DNA of 62,954 bases, filler included, from Globobulimina sp. (taxonomy: Eukaryota), in NCBI GenBank assembly GCA_003354225.1. It is 56 parts of 56 records of this genome, joined end to end, with 100 filler letters (N's around TTAATTAATTAA, not from the genome) between each part and the next. Parts side by side here need not be neighbours in the genome. Positions count along the whole stretch, not along the records: positions 36,045 to 37,070 come from PIVH01025464.1; positions 37,171 to 38,196 come from PIVH01025465.1; positions 38,297 to 39,322 come from PIVH01025466.1; positions 39,423 to 40,448 come from PIVH01025467.1; positions 40,549 to 41,574 come from PIVH01025468.1; positions 41,675 to 42,700 come from PIVH01025469.1; positions 42,801 to 43,826 come from PIVH01025470.1; positions 43,927 to 44,952 come from PIVH01025471.1; 48 more parts are not named here. One strand, written 5' to 3'. The translations under genes and the position numbers were made by a program. Under the pieces are notes generated by a model, which worked only from the letters and a program-made list of their open reading frames with translations, was not told where the DNA came from and searched no databases. Shown here piece after piece: positions 36,822-49,554 of this stretch. Every line of letters starts with the position of its first letter. Positions within the stretch are counted from its first letter, which is position 1.

Positions 36822-37380
36822 ATTGAGTCGGAATTAAGGCTTTTCAAATCGGGTGTAAGTCGGATATATATCGGAGAGAGAGTGCAATGGAAATGGTTGG
36901 AAGGGCAAATTATTTTGAGTTTTTTCTTTAGCTCACATCAACAAAATCTTCAAAACACTGTTCTCAAGACTGGAAATTCTTAACTTTTTGTCTGTTACAG
37001 TGTACAGTCTCTCTTGTATGCAATATCTCTAACCAGACTTCCGATACGATATATGCATGTCTCAATTACTNNNNNNNNNNNNNNNNNNNNNNNNNNNNNN
37101 NNNNNNNNNNNNNNTTAATTAATTAANNNNNNNNNNNNNNNNNNNNNNNNNNNNNNNNNNNNNNNNNNNNGTGAAAAATCTGCTTCAACTCCTTTACAAT
37201 CCTTTAACAAAAAAAGTTTGAAGTTGTTACAATTTATTGCAATTGTGATGGGACCTAGGACCTAGGGTCAAATTTTAATTACGTAATTAACAACATTCCC
37301 CAACAGCTGGAACCAATCTACACTTTTATCAGAAACTCAGACAGCTTGCAAACTTTAAACCGATTGGAAAATGACGAAAG

Positions 37381-38001
37381 ATGGTGGCAAGTCAATGTGG
37401 TTCTGGCACTCTATGCCAAAAACCAACCTCAGTTGTCATGTTGTCGTTTGAATGGAAAATCGATGGATTATTATTGGAAGCGATGCAAGCCGCCCAGGAA
37501 GGGACATGTGTGTTTCACAGTCCAACATTTAATATGCACGGTTGCCGATTATTTTTGGCAATTAATCCAAATAGCAACCAGTTTTACAATGATACAGACG
37601 GCTTTGTCAAAGTAAAGCTTCATGTTAAAAAACTAAAAAAAGGAGAACCTAAATTCAAACGCATGAGTGTTGTGACAGGATATCGTTTTCAATTTAATTC
37701 AGGATATCACACTTTCAATATATTGGGTAGTCATTTAAAGCGTGGTTCTGATCTCGGCAGTTTACAATTGAAAGAAACGAGACAATCAAGCATTTGCCCA
37801 TTGCAGCAATTAACATTAAAATTCGAATTGGAAGTAATACAGGCATTTGATGTCAATGATATTGATATTACGCATGTTTTTAAATCAAATGATGAGTTCA
37901 AGGAACCACAAACACAGAAAGCATCATATTCCATTATGTCACGAATTGAAGAGTTATCAAAAAGGTTTGATATCATACTTGTAAACTTTTTTTCATACTG
38001 A
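37381..38001 (+). CDS. MATH/TRAF-like domain protein
   Basis: FEWKIDG...FHSPTF...LFLAINPN...GFVKVKL...LTLKFELEVI. Confidence 0.6.
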   Translation: MVASQCGSGTLCQKPTSVVMLSFEWKIDGLLLEAMQAAQEGTCVFHSPTFNMHGCRLFLAINPNSNQFYNDTDGFVKVKLHVKKLKKGEPKFKRMSVVTGYRFQFNSGYHTFNILGSHLKRGSDLGSLQLKETRQSSICPLQQLTLKFELEVIQAFDVNDIDITHVFKSNDEFKEPQTQKASYSIMSRIEELSKRFDIILVNFFSY

Positions 38002-38296
38002 AAACACTGACGAATTATTTAAGCATATTATTTTATGTTTAATAGACAAAGTGCATTTAAGTGAAAAGAAAGTAAAATCACTAATTCAGTGCCATTTCAT
38101 TCGTCTCAGCAACGATATCAAGGTTTTCAACTCAATTAAAAACTTAATGTGCTACAAAATATGTAAGTAATTGTTTATTATGTCCTTTTACATATANNNN
38201 NNNNNNNNNNNNNNNNNNNNNNNNNNNNNNNNNNNNNNNNTTAATTAATTAANNNNNNNNNNNNNNNNNNNNNNNNNNNNNNNNNNNNNNNNNNNN

Positions 38297-39191
38297 AAGA
38301 GCAAATTGGGACTGAACATTGGATTTTACCATATCTGTTGGCTATATATATGAAATATATATGTTATATGAGCTAGAAAGTAGAGTAGATTTAAATGAAT
38401 TTGGCCTGGCATACCATATGATAGAACCAGCAGACTAAGCCAGCGACAGCACCTCCGATAAAATGCATCGATGTCGAATTGTCATAATTTGGAAGGTTAT
38501 GTCTCATAAATTCCCAGACTGAAAAAAATATAGCACTTCCTGGAACATCACGTAATAGACCTTTTGTGTATGACTGTATGTTAATAGATTATATTTATGA
38601 AATAATGTGCATCAGATCTAAAGTCTAAACATGTTGTCCAGCCTCGATAGAATATTTTAAACGCGTTCATTAATCCATATCGAGTATATATTTGTGCCAA
38701 AGACTGTGAAGCGTTGATGTGTGATGTTTGTGAGTAACATCTGATTAACTCAATGGGAGTGACGCATGATGCCCAAACAATGCCTGACAGTCCACCTGCA
38801 AAAAATACATTGGATAAACAATTCGAATTCGAATTAGTGTTTCTTGTTTTTCTTTTATTCGTAATAAATTTCAGACATTGTTGGTATGTATAAAAACTAA
38901 GTGACCTGTGATATGAACAGAATATTGCATACAATATGCACCAAAAAATTAAAAGTATACTGACCATGATAATGTTGTAAACATGAGAGGTGGAGACACG
39001 CCACAATACAAATTCCGAAATATGTTTTTGGTCGTATTAGTTTGCAATCTGACACAAACGGAGTTAAACGGGTGTCCCACTATCACACAAATAAACCCCC
39101 CGCTATATCCTTGGATAAAACTATAAAACCATGGATCTTTATCGGACACAATTATTTCGTTTGTAGTGTTATTTTTGGATGAAGTTGCCAT
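38297..39191 (-). CDS. Mitochondrial carrier (SLC25, carnitine/ornithine-like); introns 38906..38964, 38561..38630, 38342..38414; 3' partial
   Basis: GHPFNSVCVRLQ, TPIELIR, LLRDVPG, PTDMVKS after splicing three GT-AG introns. Confidence 0.88.
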
Positions 39192-39422
39192 TTAATTTTT
39201 TGATTTGGATGAAGTCGCAGTTTAAGACTAGAAAATCTTTACATGTCAGCCATTGAAGGATGTGTAGACAATTATGATGCAGTTGATCTATCCAAATACA
39301 AAGAAGTTATTACTTGTTTAACNNNNNNNNNNNNNNNNNNNNNNNNNNNNNNNNNNNNNNNNNNNNTTAATTAATTAANNNNNNNNNNNNNNNNNNNNNN
39401 NNNNNNNNNNNNNNNNNNNNNN

Positions 39423-40125
39423 CACCGCCGCCACCTAACACATCAATTACAGAATCAGTTAAAAAGCGCAAATATTTACCAGTTTTCTTGTTTTGTAGTT
39501 GAATTTTTGCCCCATTTTCTAAGGGAGTCACTTCCCATCGCGACCAAATGCCCAATGCGCCGCCCATTTGAGCTCTATCATCATGTTCCGGGTCAACGCG
39601 GATATCATATTTGTCCACAATTTGTTGCAAAATCACTGTGTTCGCTGCTTTAAATTGGTATAAAGTACAGAATGTCTTACAAGCGGGTCGCAATATATCA
39701 TCTTTTGCGACTAAATCAAAGTCTGTCCATTTACCCATTGCTTGTACTGTGCCCATAAATGCTTTCTGTCCTGAATTATATTCAAAAGCGTAGATCCTAT
39801 CAAATTGTTTCCGATTTTGGGGATGAACGTGAATGGAAATATGCCAACAGTCATTGGCGCCGCTTGTGCAGAATATTTGTTCACATACATAACGAGCATA
39901 TCTGTTTTGGTGATGATTGTTGAGACATTATCATGAAAATATTATATAACTAAAAACATACGTGTCTGTCTCTTTTTTTTTCTTCCATTTACGTACTGCA
40001 TGATATTTATGAAATTGTTTGGCAATTAAATCTCGGGCTGATTTTTTACGCTCTTCTTTTGTTGCTGCGTCAATAGTAAGCATATATATGGCAAGCATAA
40101 GCAGCCATGATGTACACACTTGCAT
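39423..40125 (-). CDS. Secreted protein with beta-trefoil (fascin-like) C-terminal region; intron 39902..39961; partial
   Basis: Signal peptide MQVCTSWLLMLAIYMLTIDA spliced in frame to ...GG..GIWSRWEV...KIQLQNKKTGKYLR. Confidence 0.6.
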
Positions 40126-40548
40126 TTTTAGTAGAGAAAACTCCGATATTTCCTCTAAATATGCAGCTGTAAACCAAACTATTTCCACTCGCATTTACGC
40201 ACTATTGCAAACACCGCAAACACCGCAAATCAAACTCTTTCTCCGCTGTGGTAACTGTTCCCAAATCCAAAAAAACACACACATCACAAAGTCAGTGTAG
40301 GCTTGAGCACCATGCATGCCTCCAAAACCCAATTAGAACAACAAAACATAAACGACCCATTAGATGCATCGCGTGTATTTAACCAAGAACATGGCGATCG
40401 TATCCCATTGGTGTTAGTACCAAGCAATCGGGCCTGCTGTTCATGTTANNNNNNNNNNNNNNNNNNNNNNNNNNNNNNNNNNNNNNNNNNNNTTAATTAA
40501 TTAANNNNNNNNNNNNNNNNNNNNNNNNNNNNNNNNNNNNNNNNNNNN

Positions 40549-41574
40549 TTAAGTATGAATTTATATTATTACTATACTTATTGACAAATTGTATTTTTTG
40601 ATGTTTTAAGTGATCAGGAATGTAATCTAAAGCGCGGCGATAACTATTTTGGATTCCCGCCGTGTCATAAATACGATCATATACAATAATAATTCTTGCT
40701 GTTTTTGTTTCAGTTTCTTTTTGTAATAATTGTTGTTGTTTTGTTAGCAAATTAAAATTGATTTTGTTTCTAATAAATTTATTTTTGTATAAATAATATT
40801 GTTTATTTGTCATCATATCATTATCTTTGATTTGTTTTCGACGGTAATAATTTTCAATGATATCAGTGCGAGTTTCATATTTTGTGTGTTTGCCATTTCT
40901 GATATCAATAACATTCCATCCACGTTCAATTAATTTGTTTGTAATGAAGGTTTTATTGATTATAAAATTGCGTTTGTTTGAGTTTGTTATCACTGTGTTT
41001 TGATACAATGATGAAGTTAAACTCCGAATAATTCGTAGTTTATCACAGTTGGACGTTGGTGTTGTAAACGGAAATGTTGACATTGGCTTAAAATATTGTT
41101 TAAATGCGATTTTATTGTTTATAAAATCAAAATATATTGTAATATTTGTGATATTTATGCTTTTGTTTGATACAATGACTTCTTTTAATGGGATCTCAAC
41201 ATTTTGTGGGTAAAAAGATTGGATTTGTTGTTGGTGAATACAATTATTTGTGTTGTTGTCGCTATCGATCGTAATGGCGGCGATATCATCCATATAATGA
41301 CAATAACATATATTATACAATAATTGTATGCGATTTTTATTCATAATTTCAGCGCAAGTAATAATAAGTCGGCACCGCTTACCGGCTCCTGCTAATCCTT
41401 GTATTTGTGTTGATTGTTTGATTAAATATTTGCCTTTAAATGCGGTGAAATATGTGTTATTTTTATGTAAGTTAATGATTTCTAAGTGACACTCAAATTC
41501 AATGTCAGGGAATTCATTGTCATCTAAATGATTCCTACAAAATGTAATGGCTGATTTCAAATAATTCCATGAGA
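40549..41574 (-). mobile_element. Divergent Penelope-like element reverse transcriptase (palm-thumb), partial
   Basis: NTYF..FKGKY..Q...IQG, YMDD, YFKP.S..P...P.S, KLIERGW. Confidence 0.7.
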
Positions 41575-41674
41575 NNNNNNNNNNNNNNNNNNNNNNNNNN
41601 NNNNNNNNNNNNNNNNNNTTAATTAATTAANNNNNNNNNNNNNNNNNNNNNNNNNNNNNNNNNNNNNNNNNNNN

Positions 41675-41896
41675 ACAACAAGAGATCAATTTGACAGAAT
41701 TTATGCGTATTGCCGAAGCTATGGAAACTTCAGTCAAAACGTCAGACCATATCAGTGGTAATGGACAAATTGCTGCGGCACGATTGCCAAAAAGCAAGTT
41801 TGCCAAACCACCTGATAATGGTCAAAATCGGTCAAATCGATCTGGGGGACAAAACGCAAATTCAAGCTCAAGTTCTACAAAGTGTTTTGGTTGTGG
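41675..41896 (+). mobile_element. LTR-retrotransposon gag fragment interrupted within its zinc knuckle
   Basis: IAEAME...KCFGCG, then an abrupt switch to LTR sequence. Confidence 0.6.
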
Positions 41897-42551
41897 TGTA
41901 ATACCATAAGCCGATATTATGGCTAGACAGGGGTTTCGAACCACTGAGCCTTGGAATGGTTAATGTTAATGCTAAGAAGAGGCAAATGTGGAGGCAGAGG
42001 GATGACCGAGAATGTGGACCATTAATAAAGGCGTGCAATGGACGGCGAGCTATGTAACATCTTTAGACCGAAACAATGGGACAAAAACAACGCACGATTA
42101 TCATCTGTTTATTATTATAGAACTGACAACGCAATCACACAATATCAAGAGTCATAAGTTACCTTTTATTACACAAGAGTCCTGAACAAAACATACAAAA
42201 TATACAACATAATAATGTAGAGCTCTGGACACGTTCTGCTGCCCCCTTCTTGTTCCGGACTTCTTGGCTCTCTCGTAAATCACTCCACTAACAAAACGAC
42301 AACAACTAAACCGAGCACTGCACAATACACAGCGTCACGGCTACATGATTATTCAGCGCCCAAGGCTACAGTACCCAACATGTCACTTTCCAAAGTTACA
42401 ACATCAGAATGCACAACTTATCATTGCTTTGGAAGAGCAAATGACAGAATCAATACATGGTTTATGCATTCATATCGCCACACTGCACATGTGAACAATA
42501 GCTACAAAAACGGTGTACTTTTAATAGCTTATTATGCCTATTGGCATAACA
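41897..42551 (-). mobile_element. 3' LTR (~655 bp) of a second retrotransposon, preceded by a polypurine tract at 42552..42563
   Basis: Minus strand AGGGGGGAGGGA-TGTTATGCCA; TG...CA ends with 8/10 inverted match (TGTAATACCA/TGGCATAACA); internal AATAAA on the minus strand. Confidence 0.7.
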
Positions 42552-42800
42552 TCCCTCCCCCCTATAGATGTAAATGATGACTTTTTTGGAGGAGTCCAGT
42601 CCACATGACCTGGGCGAAAATCATGTCAAGTTTTGAAAGTGGCAGTTGCTGAGCGAATTGAAGGCTGATTTTTCTTCTTAGCCATATTGTCCTTGCTGGT
42701 NNNNNNNNNNNNNNNNNNNNNNNNNNNNNNNNNNNNNNNNNNNNTTAATTAATTAANNNNNNNNNNNNNNNNNNNNNNNNNNNNNNNNNNNNNNNNNNNN

Positions 42801-43742
42801 TTGAATTCGTTTTATTCCAATCACGTGATATAACATCGAGAATTTCATCAATAATTTCTAAATTAACCAAACTTGAATCATTCATTTCTAATCTAGATAT
42901 TAACGGTTTGATCACTGATTTCATTGGTTTTGGTGTTAGCAATTTATACCATTTATCAATCCCTGACTGATTTAATGAGATAAAATAATAATTGTTGCCA
43001 TATAAGTTATTGTTAATCATCAATGGAAACATTGGTAACTGCGATCCGGTTATGTCACCGCGTAGTTTTTGCAATCTGTTCTTGTGCTCTTGCAAATTTT
43101 CCACACATTTCTTGCTGACCATAGTGAACAACAGCGCTTGTTGCTTGGTTCGAAATTTAAGTTGAATTTTGAAGTTATTTTGAGTTTGATTGAGAACCAC
43201 ACTTTGAAATTAAATAAGATATTAATAGTTATATGGCCGGGAAATGCCATGCATATAATGTATGAAACATACTCTGCAGAGCCCGAATAATCGATTTGTA
43301 TATTTGTGACACATAACTTATGGAGTCGTCTGAGAGAATCCTGTTCTTTTACTGCGATGATACCGAAAGGAACATTTTTTGTATTCTCTTTGGAATCGTC
43401 ATTGGAGCCAACAGAAAATGTACGCGATTTTATTGGGGATTTGTGATTTTGTGCTATTTCGCTGATAATAATATAGCCGTCTCTGGTGATAACAATCCAG
43501 AATTCATTTGAATACGAAAATGTTTTCCATATTTTGACAAAGCCACAAAATGCAATTCGATCATTTGATTTAGAGATTGATAAATGTTGGTTGATAATCA
43601 ATACCATATCTGGTGTTCCTTGGCGTTTTAGCTGTTCATTTTTGTAAATAAATAAAAATGGGGATTGGTATTGAATGTATTTGAGATCCCATTTGTCGTT
43701 TGCATTCTGTTTAAAATGCATCCAATCTTCAGCCATTGACAT
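42801..43742 (-). CDS. Hypothetical protein, possibly PH-like; likely spliced; partial
   Basis: Overlapping ORFs 43050..43742 and 42745..43200; DWMHFKQ...W..KY. Confidence 0.4.
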
Positions 43743-43926
43743 TATCTTTGTTTATAATTTCAAAACGTTTTCACTTAAAATATTACACAAAATCTCAACC
43801 TCATAGCATTCCAAAATATAACCCCCNNNNNNNNNNNNNNNNNNNNNNNNNNNNNNNNNNNNNNNNNNNNTTAATTAATTAANNNNNNNNNNNNNNNNNN
43901 NNNNNNNNNNNNNNNNNNNNNNNNNN

Positions 43927-44952
43927 ATTGTGGTGATTTCCACACGCAATGTCAACAAAAAATATATTTTTGTCAATATAATCCGATATCAATTTAAATG
44001 GATGGCAAAGACCAAAATAGTCGTCGCAATCTCCAAAATATCCATCCAGCGAACCATTCCCTATCTGGCCATAATTGTTGATCCCGAATGTATAGCCATT
44101 GCCGTCCTCGTCAATGCACAAAGAGTGCACTTCGCCACATCCAATATCATAAACTTTAATATTATTCTTAGAAAAGTATTCATTTACTTTTGCTGCACAA
44201 ACCATTAAATTCTGCCCGTTGCAATTATCAATCGCAACTTGTCCAAATCTGTTATTACCAAAACTTATTAAATTATGCTGCGAATCAACCAACAAATTAT
44301 GTGAGCGGCCACAGCATATTTTAATTATCTTCTTCTTATTATTGGACACTTTCAATAATTGTGGTTTCAGCACATATGTTATCATATTATTGGGCAAACC
44401 ACATTGACCAAAATAATTATTCCCGCAGCACCAAACATTGCCGGCATCCGTTAAGAATAAACTGTGCGATCTGCCGCATTCAATTGCTTTTATGTTGGAA
44501 TTGAATACATTGAAAACTGGTATTTCAACCATTGTGTCCCTTTCCTTATCATCGTTAATATCACAGTCCATTATTTTCAACCCATTGCCAAATTGTCCTT
44601 TCCTATTCATGCCCGATGCGAATACCACCGCATTGTCCACAGTATGGATGAAAGTATGATAAATATTGCATTTCCCGTTGGAAATCAACTGTATTTTATC
44701 ATTGCTGGGAACGCATATCTTTGTTAAATGCGTCAGACAGATTTCATCAACGCCTAACTGCGCATTCCAGGCACAGCCGGTCGCAAACAATTCGTTGTCG
44801 ATGTTGTGTATCATTAAGTTATTGGCGTTGCAATGGATATTCTTAAAATGCGGAGTTAGCCTTTCTAACTCGTACAACCTCTCAAAGTTTACGACCATGG
44901 AATCGTGTCCTAAGCCTAGCGAATAATTCACATTTTCGCCACTTCCAAATAT
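43927..44952 (-). CDS. RCC1-repeat protein, partial
   Basis: CGRSHSLFL..G.VW.CGNN.FGQCG and further repeats. Confidence 0.92.
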
Positions 44953-45052
44953 NNNNNNNNNNNNNNNNNNNNNNNNNNNNNNNNNNNNNNNNNNNNTTAA
45001 TTAATTAANNNNNNNNNNNNNNNNNNNNNNNNNNNNNNNNNNNNNNNNNNNN

Positions 45053-45679
45053 CATAAAAAGCCATTCCATATTCCATGCCCTTGGGCCCCAGGAGTGATC
45101 TCTCTCGCCACGCCCTTTGAAATCATACCGTTTTTGATCAACACTGAAAAAACCGTCCAGGATAATCGGCTGTTCATAACGGTTGGTTTGGTACCCTTCC
45201 GCACTGTGACCTTCAACCAGCCCCTCACCCATTGAATGGGGCGCTCCTACAGCAGTCACATGCATGTCAACAGCCACAGGCAGAACCATTCCTGTCCGTG
45301 TACCGCTGATGACACGCCCGAACCCGGAAATTTTCATCCTGCCGGTGCGTAAAGGGTCTATGGTCGTATACGAAAAATCAAGTCCCCAGCCTTTGTAACA
45401 CAGCGGGTTGGTTTGAAATCCCTCAAACGGCAGTCTGTATTCTTCGATAACGATCCACTCATCGCCGTTGTAGACATACAGCCACGTCAGTACCCGTTTT
45501 TGAATCGGATGCCAGCCTATTCGCCAGTGTCCGGCATGTTTTCCGTCTGCATCAAACCAGTCAAAAAAATAGGACTCATTCCAGTCAATGTGGTCCGGGC
45601 TGAACGGATGATCGCCCTCATCTTCAGGCTTGATGCCAAACTTGGTGAGTTCTTCCATGGTCAGTTCGTTCGATGACAT
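45053..45679 (-). CDS. Bacterial AttH/CrtC/tocopherol-cyclase-like beta-barrel protein, 3' partial
   Basis: AGGAGG RBS at 45686..45691; WNESYFFDW, RYEQ, GERDHSWGPR. Confidence 0.65.
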
Positions 45680-45706
45680 AATAGTCCTCCTTTTAAAGAT
45701 TTTTGC

Positions 45707-45987
45707 AACCACGAAATACACGAAGCACACGAAAGTAAAAAAGTATTTTAACTGCTAAGCTATTGAGCTGTTAAGCCGGATGGATGGTATCAATTATAGC
45801 GTAACAGCATATCAGTTAATACTTTAGATACTTTTACGTTATTTTTACAGGCATAGCCAATTTATCACTGGACTGGCTCTGAGGACCAGGGTTTCAATGA
45901 CAAAATAAAGGCCCTATCCCTGAAATATAAAATATTTCAAACCGTTAACCCCAATCCCTTTTCGTGTATTTCGTGTCTTTCGTGGTT
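45707..45987. repeat. Inverted pair of 28-bp (ACACGAAAT)n-type repeats, MITE/REP-like
   Basis: 45707..45734 vs 45960..45987 match 25/28 as reverse complements. Confidence 0.75.
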
Positions 45988-46300
45988 AAATTTTAGATTG
46001 GTTAGCCATCCAATATAAATTTTTTGGGTAGATGTCAATAAAATATTCGGAAGTGTAATGATTATTTTTAATGTCAAGNNNNNNNNNNNNNNNNNNNNNN
46101 NNNNNNNNNNNNNNNNNNNNNNTTAATTAATTAANNNNNNNNNNNNNNNNNNNNNNNNNNNNNNNNNNNNNNNNNNNNAAACGAAGGCAAACCTATATAA
46201 TTTTTGCCTTTGTAAGTCACCAGAAACGGTTTGCATCTACCTTACCCCAATAAAAATCTGACGCTGAAAACCGGATGCTCTTTTAATATCATGGATTTTT

Positions 46301-47204
46301 GTGGATATTGATGATTCCATATATTATATGGTATTAGACACACATTTTTGTGCCAAACCAAATCAACGACAAACAGCCTCTGTATTATCTGCATTGTACG
46401 ATCATAATGGCATTGAGCCACCAAAAGGTTGTTTATTATCCAATGCTAAATATATTGTAACATTTGAATATTCCAAGAGTATCTATTATAAATTAATATC
46501 CTCTGAATCAACAAATATAGAGAATTCACAAGATATTGCATTAAAAACTGACGTCGGAGATCAACTAATTGCAGCACATAATGATGGTTTCTTTATTTTA
46601 AGTTATAAGAAGAGAATATATTCGACACAATCATATTTATCACAAGTTGGTGCCACCACATTTAATAACGACCTCAGTGTAAAAACAAATGAATTTATTA
46701 TTGCTGGTGGTGACATATCTGGTGAATATCAAAATGTTTATTTACAATATTTATCATCGATTGATGTATTTTTCGTGCTGTATCAATATAATTACGATGC
46801 TGATTTGCGATATTTATATGCACAGTTAATTGACCCATATAATGGTGATTTGATTTTATCATTGCCGCTGCAGATATATTCATCCATTATCAATGATTTT
46901 TGTGTAGATCAAATTGTTGACGGTAATCAATGGATATTGTTATTTTTTGGATTTACAGACTGGACAAATTACGCAAAATCTATAATTTTAAATGTTACCA
47001 CAAATGGTATTGAAATAGAAGAGCCTTTATCCAATATTGTATATTCACCATATGCTTCATCGGCAGTTATTAATGGTATGATAACAAATATAGTTTGTTC
47101 AACCATGAAAAATCAATTATTTATTATATACGGAGTGGATCAATTTAGTCTAGGGATGTTTTATCAAAATTCATTCAACCATACCAATAAAGACTCAATA
47201 ATCT
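46301..47204 (+). CDS. Hypothetical beta-rich protein, partial
   Basis: ~300-aa open frame in AT-rich DNA. Confidence 0.5.
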
Positions 47205-47833
47205 NNNNNNNNNNNNNNNNNNNNNNNNNNNNNNNNNNNNNNNNNNNNTTAATTAATTAANNNNNNNNNNNNNNNNNNNNNNNNNNNNNNNNNNNNNNNN
47301 NNNNTCTCGGATTTTGTGATAAAAGAAAATAATAAAATAAATAAATGTTGTGTTATTCTTGGAATATAATGTCACAATAATTGGAATAAAATTTATAATA
47401 GAAACTTTGTTGTGCCAATTGCTGATATAAAAAGGGTAATCCTGAGGACTTGTTTAAGTCTCTTTTCTGTTACATTTATTTGTGTGTTAACTGTATTTAC
47501 AGGGCAAATCGAAGGCTACACTGTGTTAGCCATTTTTTTTTTTGGTCAGTAACAATTTATTTCAGTAGTGCACGGACTTATAATATAAGCTACATGGCAC
47601 AAATATATCACAAAAAGTAATATCACAGAGATGTAATGGTACAGATTATTAGTTCACAATGTATGTTTCTAGGTATTCACTTCATCTGTCGTCTGCATTT
47701 CAGTTTCATTTGGTTCTTTCCATTCTGATCAATCATAAGACTGCTCTCGTCGTGGAATTCTTCGCATGATTTGATTTGCTATTGACATCCATTTGACCAT
47801 TGAATCACCATTGTTTGATAGTTCTATTTATAG

Positions 47834-48329
47834 TTATTTATATTGTACATTGAATTGTGATTCATATTCAATAGTTTCGGGTCTATTTTTATATGCAGTT
47901 TTTACTATATTTCCTGTAATGTTTATTATTATTCCTGATGCTGCATCGCTAAGGATGTAGTCAGTTGCCAAGTATAAGTATTCTATTCGTTCTGTATCAG
48001 TGCATGTATTGTAGTTCGGTTTTAAATGTCCATTTATATTATTAGGTATTAAAGACCATAAAGTTTTTATATTATTTTCATATTCATTGAAATAAATATT
48101 ATCTTCACATTCCCACATTAAATGTTCAGCAGTTTCTAATTTGTTTTTATCGCATCTTGTGCATACACCATTTATTCTATTATTTAATACTAAACAACCA
48201 GCTTTTATTTTTAGCCAGAAGTCGCCTCCAGTCTGCAGATTTAATTTATAATTAATTTTTGGATATGTTTTGTCTCGATAATGCACCAGAGTTCCTGCAT
48301 TTTCAAGAATATTGTTATATTTCTGGATC
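47834..48329 (-). mobile_element. Non-LTR retrotransposon (LINE) ORF2 C-terminal zinc finger, 5' partial
   Basis: CTRC...ETAEHLMWEC (CCHC zinc finger of the RT C-terminus). Confidence 0.7.
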
Positions 48330-48675
48330 NNNNNNNNNNNNNNNNNNNNNNNNNNNNNNNNNNNNNNNNNNNNTTAATTAATTAANNNNNNNNNNNNNNN
48401 NNNNNNNNNNNNNNNNNNNNNNNNNNNNNAAATTTAGTTCAAAATTTTTTGTTGAATCATTTTTTGTCGTATCGAATAATATTCCTCCGTACACCTGAAT
48501 GCATAAATATCTTAATAATAGTTTATTGATAGATTATGACACTGTGTCGGCATACTAAGCGGAATATTCAGACAGGATACTTAATGATTCAACGCTTGAG
48601 CACTCAAAGGTGGAAATTTTGATCATATATATCTGCCAACATCACAAAAAATCATATTGCATATGCGAGCGACTC

Positions 48676-49121
48676 GTCCACGTTAGCCTAAGGGAAGGTG
48701 TTTTTACACGCAAGCTATGCCCGACTTATCCTAAGGAGGTTTAGTCGAGCCAGTCGCCAGAGATATTGTAAGGGGAATGTGTTTTACACGCAAGTTATGT
48801 CCGACTTAGCCTAAGGGAAAGTGCGTTTTTTACACGCAAAACCCTCACCTGATTTATTTTAGTCAAATATTATCAAAATTTCAAATATTTCCAAAATAAA
48901 ATATGATCAATATGATCAATATTACCAATATGACCGGACAGGATCCCCTTTTAAAAATTTTTTGATCATATGTAAATTTTTGATCATAGCGTCTTCATCT
49001 TATCCGATACATCACTGTATATCATATAAATATATGAGCAATATATGATCAAATTTTTAAACTCAACTTGGACATGATTTTGAAAGGAAAACTGACACCT
49101 TCACCTTAGGCTAACTTGGAC
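48676..49121. repeat. Non-coding repeat element with inverted ends and internal direct repeats
   Basis: GTCCACGTTAGCCTAAGGGAAGGTGT inverted at 49095..49121; TTTTACACGCAA x3; many ATATGATCAA motifs. Confidence 0.65.
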
Positions 49122-49554
49122 CACATTCCTCTTAGGTGTTTGGTTCAAATAAATATCGACCAACATTGTCACCAAGCCCCGTCATAAATAAATCTCGAGC
49201 ACCGTGTCACCAGCGGTCGCCCGGGATAAACCTCGACCAACATTGTCACCAAGTCACCACTGCTCATATATTAAATATGAGCATGCAGTTGCTGGGAAAA
49301 CTGTCGCGGCGTCATAGGAATGTACCCTATGATAAAATCGATCTCTTAGTTTAGGCGATAACCCTATAGCTATTCGGTCCAGACAAAAAAATCATATATT
49401 AAATACTTTGCAGGTAGTAATGAAGTAGCTCCGTACAACTAGTCACGATATGCCNNNNNNNNNNNNNNNNNNNNNNNNNNNNNNNNNNNNNNNNNNNNTT
49501 AATTAATTAANNNNNNNNNNNNNNNNNNNNNNNNNNNNNNNNNNNNNNNNNNNN

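Noticed and set aside
38581-39191. Apparent frameshifts or recoding in the mitochondrial carrier, GH3, CSN5, ARH and erlin genes
   Set aside because: All are resolved by short GT-AG introns; no alternative genetic code is needed.
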